A DNA stretch of 64,000 nt from an uncultured delta proteobacterium (GCA_963843145.1 CAWJJC010000010.1:192001-256000), one strand, 5' to 3'; positions 30,128-41,758 are shown, counted from the first letter of the stretch. Notes: generated by a model from the letters alone, not told the origin. Numbers and translations: made by a program.

Positions 30128-30225
30128 TTAAAGCCGGACGGAGTCGGTCCCCGATTTCCGCCTCGGCCGGCTGATCGAAGGCCGCCCGGTTGAGCGTCTG
30201 CTTTTTGAATTTACTGGCATCGTCT

Positions 30226-30310
30226 CATCATCCCCAAAGGCCTTAATCGGGGATCCAATGTTCCTTAAGAAAAGCCTGGATTCCCGCTTAGAAATGCTGC
30301 GGGAATGATG
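30226..30310. repeat. CGTC REP-like doublet, copy 3 (degenerate)
   Basis: CATCATCCCCAAAGG...GGGGATCCA...TGGATTCCCGC...GCGGGAATGATG. Confidence 0.75.
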
Positions 30311-30359
30311 ATTTATTATGTTGTTCCTATTTTGAGATCATTTATGATCCCTACGGTTT

Positions 30360-32302
30360 TTACCACCCGCCGCCGCCTCCACCGCCTCCTCCCCCCCGGA
30401 CGACCCACCGCCTCCGGAACCCGACGAAGCCGAAGAGCTGGCCACGGCGCTCGATAGAGATTCCCCCAAGGTGGAGGCCAAGGCCCCCGCGCTGAAGGCG
30501 CTCACTGAACGACTGGAATACCAGTCCGGGGATCGGCCTTCCGCCGCCGCGGAGGAGAGGATCTCCGAAAATTGTTCGGCCCAGCGTTGCTCCACCCCCA
30601 GGGCCAGGGCGTAAGGTAAAAATTTTTCGAAAAGTTCCGGGGTCTTTTCCGGGGAATTCAGGTAATTGAGCCGGTCTTTTTCGGCGGCCTCCAGAAAGAC
30701 CCGAAATCCCTCGATCTCGTCCAGCCGCATCCGTCCCAGGGAGGTTACGGCCTTCAAAAGCTGGTAGAAGACCAAAGTGATGCCCACCGAAACGACATAA
30801 AGAACGGCCAGGGGGACCGAAGTGGCTTGAAAGGCCAGGACATACAGTCCCAGGACTTCCCCTCCGACGAAGGGCAGGGCAAACAGCGTCAGGAAAACTG
30901 TTCCGATTAATTTTCCGATTTTTCCGGGACCTCTGACCACCTCCAGCCAGGATTTGGCCAACGTCACCATTAGGAGGGCCACCCCGATACTCCAGACAGT
31001 CAGCCAGATGGAAATAAAAGAGAACAGGGGAAGACTGCCCTGATCCAGGGCCTCACGAATTCCGGAGAGGACCACCACCCCCAGTGTCAGGAGCAACCCG
31101 ATGCCAAAGTACCAGCGATTATGAACGAAATAGCTCTTTTCATACCCGTATTCCAGGTTTCGCTTCAGGGCGGAAACGGCACTTTGGATAATGGTCCGAT
31201 TGGCCGGAATAAAAACCACTTCCTGCCGTTGATTGAAGAGGGCCCCGTAGACCTTCTCTTCGTCTGGGGACGCCGGGGCCTTCTTCTCTCCATCCCGCTT
31301 CCGGGCCGAATATTGGCCGAACGTTTCTTTGATCGTCAGGTACCCCTTGACCGCCAGGTTAATGAGCGCGGCCGTAAAGGCCGGATCGTCATACCTCTGG
31401 TTCCAGACATAGCGCAGGGCCGCCGGACTCATTCCACCGGGCGGGGCATAGCGGGTGACAATGATGCCCTTTTCCGGGTCTTTCCCCACCCGAACCCAGA
31501 CGATAAGATAATAAACCAGGATGGCCAGGATCCCGGCCAGACCGAAGACGAAACCCCGATTATCGGAGGTGATGGCCCAAACCCCGGTCGGCTCCGTTGC
31601 CGTCACATAGCCTTTGGGCCAGGAAACGGCAATGGTCAGGCCCTCATTCAAGGCCAGGGGCCTGGTGGTAAAAAAGCGCACGGTGCCGGCCGACGGATCA
31701 ACTTCTTTTTCAAAATCCAGGCCCCGGGCACCCTTCGGGCCGGTGTAACCGGCCGTGGATATGATTTCCCCCCCGCTCCCCTCCGGCAGATGCACCGTGG
31801 CCGAGACCTGATCGATGGGGAATTTCCAGTCGTTACCGGTAACGTTCCAGTAAAGCTCATCAAACTCCGGGAATAAGCCGAGCTGCCGATCGGTCTCATA
31901 AACAAAGGTATAGGTATATTCCCCGGGGGGCAGAAGTACCTCTTTTCGGCCGAAATAGACCCGCTTCCCTATGGAAATTCCCTCGAAATGAAACGACTCG
32001 GGCTCTCCATCCCGAAGGAGCTGCCGGACCTCAAAACCCACCCGCCGAATCAGACCGTATTTCCCGCGATAGCGGGTAGGAAAATCACGGTAGATCCCGC
32101 GCTTGATCTGATTGTTTTCGGCCCGGACCCTGATGGTTTCGGTGACGGTCAGGGAGGCGTCGGAGTGAATCCTGATGTCACTCTGAAAGGAAAGGATTTT
32201 TTCTTCAGCCCGCGCCTGGACGGCCATGATCAGGAAGAAGCAATTCAACCCCAGCAGCAGGACGAGACCCGGCCCGTTTTTCCCCTTCATCCGGTTAATC
32301 AT
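30360..32302 (-). CDS. DUF2207 family membrane protein (true GGGGGGGGGW* end restored by correcting a C-run indel at ~30391-30397)
   Basis: EKILSFQSDI...VTETI...IKRGIYRDFP; DELYWNVTG..W.FPI; FEKFLPYALALGV...WA; Gly-rich tail. Confidence 0.85.
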
Positions 32303-33302
32303 AATACCCCTTTAGCCAAAGAATAAAAAAGGCAACCGATATTAGAGCGTGGGAGAGGATGAAAACCAGTATCCCGAGGGATAGCCTTCCCGAAGAATCC
32401 TTTTCGATAACCGCAGCCAACGCTTCACCTGTTCCCGGCCAGAGCTGTACCGCATCGGAGACTTTCCCGGGGTTGGGGATCAGTCCGCCGCGGGACGGCG
32501 AGTAGATCCCGAAGGCCGTCACCTCCGCCCCGACCGGCACCACCCGCTCCGAACATTGCCGGCCTTCGAACCGGAAGTCTTCCGGGTCCAGGTCCGTTCC
32601 CCGACGGATATCGGCTCGCGCCTCCCCGTCGTCATCCACCGACCGCTCCAGGAGTTGGCCCAACCCTTTTTTAATATCCGCCTTCTTAATGGTTTCAAAG
32701 GCCGTGTTTTTCAAATAGGCCCTGATCCTTTTCCGACCCCCCTCCCCGACCACGGCCTCGTCAAACCGCTCCAGATCCGGGAATCCGAGCAGAAGCAGTT
32801 CTCCCCTGGCCGTTCGGATGACCGCGGGCGTCAAAGCCCATCCCCAGGCATCGGACCCGGTCGTTCGGTTATCCCGCCCTATCTCGGCCACATCGTATTC
32901 ATAGGCCACGCAGGAAACACCCTGAAAGGGAGAGATCAGGGCCATGCCCAGCGGATGGATGGCGCCGCCGGACGCCTCAAACCGCCCGTCTTTCTTGGGC
33001 CTCCCCGCCCAATCACGGCGGATCGCCGCCCCCAATTTGCGGGAACGAAACAGACCCAGGAGACCCGCCACCAGGGCGCCGGTCCCTAGGGCGGTGAATA
33101 AAGCAAAGAAAAAGGGGGCCGCCGGATCAGGGATCAGCCGTAGGAAGAGGAGAACATAAAGGGCATAGATGAGCAAGAAACCCAGCAGGGGATAAAAACA
33201 GCCGCTTCTGAAAATGGTTTTTTTGGAAACCTTCGCTGAACCTATTTTAACCAAATCGAACCACATTGCGGCCGGCAGCTTTGGCTTGGTAAAGGGCCTC
33301 AT
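32295..33302 (-). CDS. Hypothetical membrane protein
   Basis: Two N-terminal TMs, SPFQGVSCVAYEY, ER....G.EV..FG, C-terminal TM; overlaps the DUF2207 start. Confidence 0.65.
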   Translation of the reverse strand: MRPFTKPKLPAAMWFDLVKIGSAKVSKKTIFRSGCFYPLLGFLLIYALYVLLFLRLIPDPAAPFFFALFTALGTGALVAGLLGLFRSRKLGAAIRRDWAGRPKKDGRFEASGGAIHPLGMALISPFQGVSCVAYEYDVAEIGRDNRTTGSDAWGWALTPAVIRTARGELLLLGFPDLERFDEAVVGEGGRKRIRAYLKNTAFETIKKADIKKGLGQLLERSVDDDGEARADIRRGTDLDPEDFRFEGRQCSERVVPVGAEVTAFGIYSPSRGGLIPNPGKVSDAVQLWPGTGEALAAVIEKDSSGRLSLGILVFILSHALISVAFFILWLKGYYD

Positions 33303-33361
33303 CGGCCCGGAAAATCGTTTTGGACAAATCCTCGCTCAGCAGGTTCATCAGGTGCCGTCGA

Positions 33362-33586
33362 TTAAATAAGCCGGTTAAATCGTCCCGAATGGCCATCTCC
33401 TAAAAGAAAATATAAGGACCTCGCCTCCATAATACCGAGCCCACTTTGAACAAAACCCAGGATAAAAGCCATGGCGTAGGTTCCGGCAGCCATAAAAAAG
33501 CGGCGAATACGCACGGCCTGCTCTTTATTATCTCGAGGGTAGAGGGAAAAACGGGCTAAAAAGGGTGCGGAACGATTATCGGACAT
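33362..33586 (-). pseudogene. N-terminal fragment of a membrane sensor (GGDEF/cyclase-type TM region)
   Basis: DNKEQAVRIRRFFMAAGTYAM followed by hydrophobic helices, then an abrupt end. Confidence 0.4.
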
Positions 33587-33717
33587 CGGGATTATTCGTT
33601 TCGATCCCAAAAAGGCTGGGTATTTATTTCGGAAATATTCCGGGCCGCGAAGAGCGGCAAGCGCATTGTCTCGGCTTCCTGAGGCGGTCGACTGCGGAGT
33701 CACCCCCCGGGTGTCGA

Positions 33718-34290
33718 TCAGGGCGTTGCGGCCCGGCGGCCCAGTTCAAAGGCCTCGTTCTGGGCCGCTTCATTACCGGCAATCTCCCCGTTCTCCGTGG
33801 CCGAGGTCATGACGGCCCCGATCCAGCGGAGTTTGGTAAAGTCCGCCGTGGTTTTAAAACTGTGCACCATAGGATCCGCCGTGTGAACGTTCACGTCCCC
33901 GCAGACGGTGATCAGTCCGATGCGTTTGCCCTTCATTCGGGGATAGTAGGCCTTATGCCAATTCCAGTCCGCATCAAAAAAGGCGCACCAGCGATCCAGG
34001 TAGGCCTTCATTTGCGAGGTCATCGACCAGAAATAAATGGGTCCGCTGTGGAGGACGGCGTCGGCTTCCAGGATTTTCCGGTGAATCTTCGGCATGTCGT
34101 CCCGTAAGACGCAGAGACCGGTTTCATTGCATTGCTTGCAGTCCTGGCAGCCGGAAATTTTTTTTCGATTGAGGATGATTTTTTCTACCTCCGCGCCGGC
34201 TTCCCGGGCGCCGGCCAAGGCCCGGTCCAAGAGCAGATCGCTGTTTCCCCCGATTCGGGGACTTCCCATAATACCCAGCACTTTCATCAT
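33718..34290 (-). CDS. Flavodoxin family / iron-sulfur flavoprotein
   Basis: GSPRIGGNSD; CQDCKQC....C...DDM; PIYF..MTSQMKAYLDR. Confidence 0.9.
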   Translation of the reverse strand: MMKVLGIMGSPRIGGNSDLLLDRALAGAREAGAEVEKIILNRKKISGCQDCKQCNETGLCVLRDDMPKIHRKILEADAVLHSGPIYFWSMTSQMKAYLDRWCAFFDADWNWHKAYYPRMKGKRIGLITVCGDVNVHTADPMVHSFKTTADFTKLRWIGAVMTSATENGEIAGNEAAQNEAFELGRRAATP

Positions 34291-34406
34291 GGTCCTCCCG
34301 GTAGTTTTAGGGCAATTGTTCACAAATTCGGGGATCAATCCGTTGGACTATAGGCCCAACGAATTGATCCCCGAAGCGTAGGGACGGTTTCTCACGTCCG
34401 CAAAGG

Positions 34407-36605
34407 TTATTTGGCCTTGATAGCCGCCAGGATGCGATCGGGGGTCAGCGGGATACGCCGGACCCGCGCGCCCGAAGCCTTAAAGACGGCATTGGCCACA
34501 GCCGGGGCCAGCGGGGGCACCCCCGGTTCGCCGATCCCGCCGAGCGGTTCTTTGCTGTTGATCAGTTGAACGTCGATGTCAGGGACCTGGCTCATGCGGA
34601 TAATCCCGTAGTCATCGAAATTGGCGGATTTCACCCCGCCGTTGGCAAAGAGCACCTCCTCCTGGAAGACCGTGCTCAGGGCGTTGATGATGGCTCCTTC
34701 GATCTGCCTGACCGTGTTGTCCGGGCTCACCGCCATGCCGCAGTCCACGGCCGCCACCACCCGGTTAACTTTCAAGGCGCCCGTTTTTTCATCTACCGAG
34801 ACTTCAGCCGCCTGGGCCACAAAAGTCCCGAAGCAGTGGTGCTGGGCGATTCCCAATCCTCGCCCCTTGGGCAGGGACTTGCCCCAGCCGATCTTTTCCG
34901 CCGCCACCTGGAGGACCTTCTGGGCCCGGGGGCTGCCTTTCAGAAGCCCTAGGCGAAAAGCCAGAGGGTCCTTTTTGGCAGCCAGGGACAGTTCATCAAT
35001 GAAGCTTTCCACCACAAAGGCGTTAGGGCCGTTCTGGACCGAGCGCCAGGGGCACACCGGTATGGGCAATTGGGAAATGAGGAACTCCAGATAAAAATCC
35101 GGGATCTCATAAAGGATCTTATTCCCATCCGGGGAACCCGGAAAGTCTACCAGCCCCCAGAGGCTCATGATGTCGACGCCGTTTTGCACCGCCTTGGGTT
35201 CGATGCGCTGCATGAGCGAACCGGCCACGGCCTTATGGGACCAGCCGGCTAGATTACCCTGGCTGTCCAGACCGGCTTCAATTCGCTGGGTAGTAGCGGC
35301 TCGGAAGAGACCGAACTTGATGTCTTCTTCCCGGGACCAGACCACTTTTACCGGTTTGCCCAGGACTTTGGCGACAACAACCGCCTCGGCCACGAAATCC
35401 GGATCGGCCCGCCGTCCCAGTCCGCAGCCCATATTGGTAGTATGGATATTGATCTTCTCCGGAGGAAGCCCGGAAATCTGGGAGGCCACGATTTGAGCCA
35501 CGGTCTGCCCCTGCGTTGGGGCCCAGACGTCGCATTGATCCTTGGTAACATGGGCCGTGCAGTTCATGGGCTCCATGGTGGTGTGGGCCACGTAAGGCAC
35601 ATAATAGGTGGCCTTGACCTTTTGGGCCGAGCCGGCCAAGGCCTTGGCCGCGTCGCCATTGGCGGCAACCTTGGAACCCGGCTTGTCCAAATCCTCCAGC
35701 AAAGATTTTTCAACAAAGGCAGTGTCCATTTGGGGCAGAGCGCCGCCGTCCCATTTCACCTTCAGGGCCTCCCGGCCTTTCCAGGCGGCCTCCAGGGTCT
35801 TGGCACAAACCGCGATACCCATCGGGATCGAAGCCACCTTAACTACTCCCTTGACCATTCCCGCCGCTTTTTCATCAAAGGAGATCGGCTTGGCCCCATA
35901 AGCCGGGGGACGGGCAATCACGGCATAGTGCAGATCCGGCAGGTCCACATCCAGCCCGTATATCGCCTTGCCGCGCACCTTGGCGGGTATATCCAGCCTG
36001 GGCATCGCCTTCCCTATATATCGGAATTCGCTTTCCTTCTTAAGCGGAGCCGTTTTCGGGACGGGAAGTTTGGCGGCCTCGAGGCAGACCTGCCCGTAGG
36101 TCAGGCTACGCCCACTTTTCCCATGTTTGACCTTCCCCAATTCGGCCTGGCATTCATTTTCCGGGACCTTCCAGCGGGCCGCGGCGGCTTGGACCAGCAT
36201 GGTCCGTCCGGCGGCGCCGGCCTGGCGCAAGATATCATAAAAGCCCCGAACGCTGGAGCTGCCCACGGTGATCTGGAGTTTGTAAAAGGGATTGAAAAAT
36301 TCCTTGGCAGCCGGACCCTGCTGAACCCGCACCTGCTTCCAGTCGGCCTCCAGTTCATCGGCGAGGATCATGGACAAGGTGGTATGGGTGCCCTGCCCCA
36401 TCTCCGAGCTGCCGATGACCGTGGTCAGCACATTATCCGGAGTGATCTTATACCAAACGCTCGGATTGAACCCCTTCAAGGCCTTGGGGTCCTGGGAAGC
36501 GTTGAGTAGCCGGGTGCCCAGCGGTCCTACGGAAACGGCAATGGTCAGGCCGCCGGCGGCCAGGGAGCTTTTCAGAAACGTTCGACGAGTGATACTGGTA
36601 CTCAT
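34407..36605 (-). CDS. Xanthine dehydrogenase family molybdopterin-binding subunit (IorB-like), Tat-exported
   Basis: TRRTFLK; SEMGQG; HTTMEPMNC; WSREED; WRSV; QIEGAI; GGIGEPGVPP.APAVANA. Confidence 0.9.
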   Translation of the reverse strand: MSTSITRRTFLKSSLAAGGLTIAVSVGPLGTRLLNASQDPKALKGFNPSVWYKITPDNVLTTVIGSSEMGQGTHTTLSMILADELEADWKQVRVQQGPAAKEFFNPFYKLQITVGSSSVRGFYDILRQAGAAGRTMLVQAAAARWKVPENECQAELGKVKHGKSGRSLTYGQVCLEAAKLPVPKTAPLKKESEFRYIGKAMPRLDIPAKVRGKAIYGLDVDLPDLHYAVIARPPAYGAKPISFDEKAAGMVKGVVKVASIPMGIAVCAKTLEAAWKGREALKVKWDGGALPQMDTAFVEKSLLEDLDKPGSKVAANGDAAKALAGSAQKVKATYYVPYVAHTTMEPMNCTAHVTKDQCDVWAPTQGQTVAQIVASQISGLPPEKINIHTTNMGCGLGRRADPDFVAEAVVVAKVLGKPVKVVWSREEDIKFGLFRAATTQRIEAGLDSQGNLAGWSHKAVAGSLMQRIEPKAVQNGVDIMSLWGLVDFPGSPDGNKILYEIPDFYLEFLISQLPIPVCPWRSVQNGPNAFVVESFIDELSLAAKKDPLAFRLGLLKGSPRAQKVLQVAAEKIGWGKSLPKGRGLGIAQHHCFGTFVAQAAEVSVDEKTGALKVNRVVAAVDCGMAVSPDNTVRQIEGAIINALSTVFQEEVLFANGGVKSANFDDYGIIRMSQVPDIDVQLINSKEPLGGIGEPGVPPLAPAVANAVFKASGARVRRIPLTPDRILAAIKAK

Positions 36606-37069
36606 GATTTCCGGCCCTCCTTTCCTTTCAATTGGACGGCGGTCTGAATGCCCTTCTTGATCCGCGGGTAGGTCCCGCAGCGGCAGATGACATCATCCAT
36701 CTGGGCGACGATTTTTTCGGGATCGGGTTTCTTCTCTCCGTCCACGAGGGCGGCTACCTGCATTATTATCCCCGGCTGGCAATAGCCACATTGCACTACC
36801 TGTTCCTTAATCCAGGCCCTTTTCACCGGATGGTCCTCCGGCAGCCCCTCAATGGTGGTGATCTTTTTCCCTTGGGCCTCCTTCACCGGGATGGTGCAGG
36901 AACGTTCGGCCCGGCCGTCGATCAGCACTGTGCAGTTCCCGCATTCCCCGATTCCGCAGCCGAACTTGGTCCCGGTCAACTTGAGGTTGTCCCGGATCAC
37001 CCAGAGCAACGGCGTGTCCGGGGGAACATCGAGTTTGTGTTTTTTACCATTGACCTTGAGCGCAATCAC
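36602..37069 (-). CDS. (2Fe-2S)-binding subunit (IorA-like)
   Basis: TPLLWVIRD.L.LTGTKFGCG.GECGNCTV; QCGYCQPG; CRCGTY. Confidence 0.92.
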   Translation of the reverse strand: MIALKVNGKKHKLDVPPDTPLLWVIRDNLKLTGTKFGCGIGECGNCTVLIDGRAERSCTIPVKEAQGKKITTIEGLPEDHPVKRAWIKEQVVQCGYCQPGIIMQVAALVDGEKKPDPEKIVAQMDDVICRCGTYPRIKKGIQTAVQLKGKEGRKS

Positions 37070-37121
37070 AATTTCCTCCTTTCTGCTAGTGGGTTGATGG
37101 GTTCATAGCGAATTCCAAACG

Positions 37122-37266
37122 GTCATCCTAAGCCCTTCGCCGGCCGTCATCCTGAGTCCCGCCGCGGGATAAACTCCGCGAAGGATCTTGTCTTCCGGCT
37201 TAGGGTAAACTTTGCAAAGAAGCTTACCAACTACCTTCTGCAGATTCTTCGCCTTCGCTCCTGATG
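37122..37266. repeat. REP-like palindromic cluster (GTCATCCT family)
   Basis: GTCATCCTAAG / GTCATCCTGAG...CGAAGGATCT...AGATTCTTCGC..TCGCT, related to the core of 12864-12984. Confidence 0.6.
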
Positions 37267-37315
37267 ATTGGAGTGCCTTGACGGTCCCCTGGTGAACTCC
37301 TCAGCAGCCGCCAAA

Positions 37316-37609
37316 TTAGATGGAGGCCAGTTCCTGCAAAATGGTTATTTCCGGCTTACCGGCCAACAGTTCGCCGGCCTTGGCGAAAAAGGCATTAAAA
37401 TGAGGGGTGGAGGAATGAAACTTGAAGGCCTCCTTATCCCGGTAGCGTTCCATGACCACCAAAGTCTGCGGGGCGTCTTTGGAAACGTTCAAGGTGTAAT
37501 ACAAGGTGCCCTCCTCTTTGGCCACTTCGGCTACCAACTCTTTGAAGGCTTCCACGGCTTCGTTAAACTTGTCTTCTTTAATCGGGATTTTGGCAATTAC
37601 AGCGACCAT
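37316..37609 (-). CDS. ABM/putative quinol monooxygenase family protein
   Basis: EEGTLYY.L...MERY.DKEAF..H..TPHF. Confidence 0.85.
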   Translation of the reverse strand: MVAVIAKIPIKEDKFNEAVEAFKELVAEVAKEEGTLYYTLNVSKDAPQTLVVMERYRDKEAFKFHSSTPHFNAFFAKAGELLAGKPEITILQELASI

Positions 37610-37729
37610 CGACTGTCCTCCTTAAGAATTATTTTTGGTACCCATTCAGCTTTAGAAAAAGCGCGGACCCCTATCAGGTCGGCCAGAGATAGATGCTCAG
37701 GTTAAGAAAACCCTGGTCCCAGGGCTGGT

Positions 37730-38050
37730 TCAATCACAATTACCGGAAGAAATATCATCCCCGTCCAGTGTCCAGACGTTGTTAATTTTCTTAAAGGTCA
37801 ACACCACTTTTTTTCTGGTATTAAAATGATAATTGCCGCACTGCCAGGTCAGGATCCGGTATTCCGTTCCCACTCCCACTACCGTGTATTGGGTATCGTA
37901 GTCGGCATTGTGGGAGATACCCGTGCCCTCCACGTGATACGTCACGTTTTTTTCCGATTTCGCGCCTGAATGGGAATAATCGCAACTCCAAAAACCGACT
38001 GCCATGAGAAGGATGAGCGCTACGGTCCATCCGGTTTTTTTGATTCGCAT
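37730..38050 (-). CDS. Hypothetical lipoprotein
   Basis: MRIKK + hydrophobic stretch + FWSC lipobox-like motif; RBS present. Confidence 0.6.
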   Translation of the reverse strand: MRIKKTGWTVALILLMAVGFWSCDYSHSGAKSEKNVTYHVEGTGISHNADYDTQYTVVGVGTEYRILTWQCGNYHFNTRKKVVLTFKKINNVWTLDGDDISSGNCD

Positions 38051-38073
38051 AATCCCCTCCTTTCTTTAATCGA

Positions 38074-39192
38074 TTACCCCTGATCCAAGGCCGCGGATAT
38101 TTCCTCCAGCACCAGACCCTCGCTTTTGGGCCGGATATCGTTTAAAGCCTTCCGGGCTTCCCGGCCGCCGATACGTCCCAGGGCCCAGGCGAGCATGCCC
38201 AACACTCTTTCGTCTTGATTCTCTTCCCAGGCCCGGATCAGCTCCGGGACATAGCGGTCGTCCAGGCTGTTGCCCATGACCCGGGCCACATTCATTTTCC
38301 ACCGCCAAAGTTCTTTATCCGACATGTAGAACATGTGGGGCCAGACGCGGGCGTTGAAGTAGGGAACATCCATGCGCAGCAATTTATCGAGCCCGAAGTC
38401 CTCCACCATGGCGGCCACCTTTTGATTGACCGGCAGCCCCTTGGCCAGCCAGGGAAGGTTCCGGGGACAGACATTCTGGCAATGGTCGCAGCCATAGACC
38501 CACAGGCCCATGGGCTCCCGTAGTTCTCGCGGAGTCAGCCCCTGCCCAAAATAAGTCAGATAAGAAATACACTTATAAGGATCGATGTGTCGGGGTCCCT
38601 TCAAGGCACCGGTGGGGCAGGCTACCAGGCAGGTGTTCCGGCACCACTCGGGACAGCCGACGGTCAAGGTCGGTTCGTCGGGTTCAAATTCCCGGTTGAC
38701 CACCACCGCGATGGGCAGGACCCAGGAGCCCCGACCGACCAGTTGATTGGAATAAAACAGACAGTTTTTGCCGAAAGTTCCCAGGCCGGCCCGTGCCGCG
38801 GCCACCCGGTGGGGCAGGTGAAAGGGGATTTGGGCCTGAATGCCCTGGTCCCGAAGAAAGGAACGAAAGGCCTTGATCCTTTTGGCCAACCGGTCTTTGG
38901 TAACCCGGTCGTCATCCAGGTAACAGCGGCCGAAATGACGTTCCAGGGCCGGGGGATAGGACTCTCTGAAATAGTCCTCCATCAAGACCAGGATGGACCG
39001 GGCATCGGGAAGGATATTTTTCGGGTCGGTCCCGGCCATCAAGTCCAGGCCCGATCGAAAGGCCCATTGGTATTCTTTAGCGCGTTCCCGCAGGATTTCC
39101 TGTTGGTGCAAAAAAGGATCGGCCGTGGTAACCCCGAGGGCTCCAAAACCACAATTCCGGGCCTGGGCCATAATATCATCTTTAGAAAGCAT
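38074..39192 (-). CDS. queG: Epoxyqueuosine reductase (QueG)-like Fe-S/cobalamin protein with C-terminal HEAT repeat
   Basis: AARAGLG.FGKNC; C..WC...C..ACPTGAL; CISYLT; WVYGCD.CQ.VCP.N. Confidence 0.7.
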   Translation of the reverse strand: MLSKDDIMAQARNCGFGALGVTTADPFLHQQEILRERAKEYQWAFRSGLDLMAGTDPKNILPDARSILVLMEDYFRESYPPALERHFGRCYLDDDRVTKDRLAKRIKAFRSFLRDQGIQAQIPFHLPHRVAAARAGLGTFGKNCLFYSNQLVGRGSWVLPIAVVVNREFEPDEPTLTVGCPEWCRNTCLVACPTGALKGPRHIDPYKCISYLTYFGQGLTPRELREPMGLWVYGCDHCQNVCPRNLPWLAKGLPVNQKVAAMVEDFGLDKLLRMDVPYFNARVWPHMFYMSDKELWRWKMNVARVMGNSLDDRYVPELIRAWEENQDERVLGMLAWALGRIGGREARKALNDIRPKSEGLVLEEISAALDQG

Positions 39193-39414
39193 TTTCTTCG
39201 CCTCACAGAAAAAATGCGGCTATAGTACCGCAGAAGAATCTTCCCGTCCAGACCTTTTGATAAGGCGCTGGCCTAAGCCCGACAAGAAGGAGCTGCCTCC
39301 CGGCACGCTAAGAAATCGCTTGCTATCCGGACCGGCATTTATCTAAAGTTAGGAAGCGGCCATATGGAAAGACGGTTAAGTCCGGACTGGTTGGGCATTC
39401 GGGGAGGCAGGTGG

Positions 39415-40649
39415 TTAGAAAAGGTTTACTGTGGCCTTAATCTGGCTCTTGACTAGAGGAATCAGATTGTCCCAGATGCTGTTGGGCAGGCTGAGCAAAT
39501 CAACAGCATAGGTTAGTTGGGGTGAAACCAGGCGCTCACCGCTGCTTCCGCATCCTAAGGCGTTGGCCAGGTTGTCCGCGACAAAAATGATGGCCGCCTC
39601 GGATTCGAGCGGGCGGGACCAGGGAGGGTGATGACCGCCGAGGGCCTGTTCCAGGCCTACCGGGAGCTTCCACTGGTCGGCCAGGGCCTTTCCAACCTGG
39701 GTGTGATCAAAGCCGATCATATCCCGCTCGGTCTGATAATAGAAACAATCAGAATGTCGGACCTGACGCAAAACGGCCTTGGCCGGCCCGGGCAGGTTCT
39801 TAAAAATAACGAGTTTCCCCAAGTCATGAAGCAGTCCGGCGACAAAAAATGATTCCAGATTAGGGAATTTGCGGACACCGGCGATCCAGCGGGCACAGGT
39901 TCCGCAGGCCACACTATGCTCCCAGAAAAGATTCATGTTCATCAGGCTGGACGGGATTTCTCGGAAAAGGGCCATCACCGAAGTCCCCAGGACCAGATCG
40001 TTGATCTGGTTTTGGCCCACTATGGTGACGGCCCGGGAGACGGTGTCGATTTTCTGCCTGAACCCATAAAAAGCGCTGTTTACGATTTTAAGAAGCTTGG
40101 CGGAAAGATTCGGGTCCTGGCTGATGATGGCGGCTATATGCCTGGCGGAACTGTTGGGGTCCTTGATGACCTCTTCAATCCGGAGATAGATGTCCGGAAG
40201 GGACATGAGCTCGCTGTCCGATTTGATGAGGGTTCGAGGGTCGCTGCTCCAATCGCGGCCTTCGGGATTCGACCCTTCTCCCGCGGATTGGTCTGCTTTC
40301 AAATCTCCGGCGCCAGACAAGGTTGACGGGGAGAATTCCGTTTCATCCTCTAAAGATTCGATCACCCGGTAGATTTCCCGAAAAACCGGATGTTCAAGGT
40401 CGCACTGGGAAAAAACGGTTGACAGGCGATCCCTGTTTATCAAGGTCGGTGTCCCGGTCGTCGGAAGGGGCAGGAGCGGCGGATCGAGGCCGGGCGGCTG
40501 ACAGCCTGAACGCTGTCCCGAAAGGAGATCCAAGATGGGTCAAGGCCCAAGGTCTTATCCTTCCTGATAGACAGCCGGACTTCCTTAAGGGGGAAATCCC
40601 CGGCCAATGCCTTTCCGGGATTGCGGGCCTGGATATTGATTCTAACCAT
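39415..40649 (-). CDS. HDOD domain protein (5' part frameshifted or degenerate)
   Basis: LMSLPDIY; ISQDPNLSAKLLKIVNSAFYG; FWEHSV; AGLLHDLGK; GFDHTQVG; probable N-terminus MVRINIQ in another frame. Confidence 0.75.
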
Positions 40650-40819
40650 GAGCGGCAATTCACCTCACCGGTTAAGAAGGAATAATGCTAACTATTTCTA
40701 TTTAGCTGAATCATTTACCCTAGAGGAGAAGAAAAATCAAGTCACTTTTTTGTTTTTGTATTAGGCTATTGACCCGACATCCTCAGAATAGAAACGATTA
40801 GACGAGGGAGGGGGAACCC

Positions 40820-41665
40820 ATGATCCTGAAAACAACTATTCTAGCCGAAGGTTTTCTCTTTCCAGAGGGGCCTCGCTGGCATGAGGGGAAGCTCTGGGTG
40901 TCCGACATGCAGAGCCATTGGGTGACGACCGTCGATCTTCAGGGGAAGACGGAAAAGATAGTCGAGGTTCCGGGTTCGCCCTCCGGCCTGGGCTGGCTCC
41001 CGGACGGCCGGTTGCTGGTCGTCTCCATGACCGATCGCCGCCTGCTGCGAATCGACCCGGAAGGACTGGCCGAGGCGGCCGATTTAAGCCGACTGGCTTC
41101 CTTTCACTGCAACGACATGGTGGTCGACCGGAAGGGGCGGGCCTATATCGGCAACTTTGGTTTTGATTTTGCGGTGGGGGCCCCCGTATCCCCGGCGGAG
41201 ATCGTGCTGGTAACTCCGGAAGGCCGGGCCCGTCGGGTCGGCGAAGGACTCCTTTTCCCGAACGGAACCGTCATTACGCCGGACAACCACACCCTCATCG
41301 TAGCCGAGACTTTCGGACACCGCCTGACCGCCTTTGATCTTGAACCCGACGGCGCCCTTTACAACCGCCGGGTTTGGGCCGACCTGGAAGGGGCCTTTCC
41401 CGACGGCCTCTGCCTGGATGCCGAGGGGGCGATCTGGGTGGCTGCCCCGGAGCCCGGCGAAGTGCTGCGGGTCCGGGAAGGAGGAAAAATCACCGACCGG
41501 GTGAACGTTTCAACCAGGCCTTATGCCTGCATGCTGGGCGGTCCGGAACGACGCACCCTCTTCGTCTGCACGGCGGAATCGGCCGTTCCGGGCCGCGGGC
41601 GGAAAGGGACCGGCGGACGGATTGAAATGGTGGACGTCGATGTCCCCGGGGACGGGCTCCCTTAA
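40820..41665 (+). CDS. SMP-30/gluconolactonase/LRE family protein
   Basis: FPEGPRWH; PSGLGWLPDG; CNDMVVD; FPNG; PDGLCLDAEGAIWVA. Confidence 0.92.
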   Translation: MILKTTILAEGFLFPEGPRWHEGKLWVSDMQSHWVTTVDLQGKTEKIVEVPGSPSGLGWLPDGRLLVVSMTDRRLLRIDPEGLAEAADLSRLASFHCNDMVVDRKGRAYIGNFGFDFAVGAPVSPAEIVLVTPEGRARRVGEGLLFPNGTVITPDNHTLIVAETFGHRLTAFDLEPDGALYNRRVWADLEGAFPDGLCLDAEGAIWVAAPEPGEVLRVREGGKITDRVNVSTRPYACMLGGPERRTLFVCTAESAVPGRGRKGTGGRIEMVDVDVPGDGLP

Positions 41666-41758
41666 TTACCGGATTAGTGAAATAGGCGGGGCCATTCGTG
41701 CGGCCTTCGCTAACGCCAGGAAAAAGTTTGTCGATCGTATTCGCCTTCAGGAGGGATC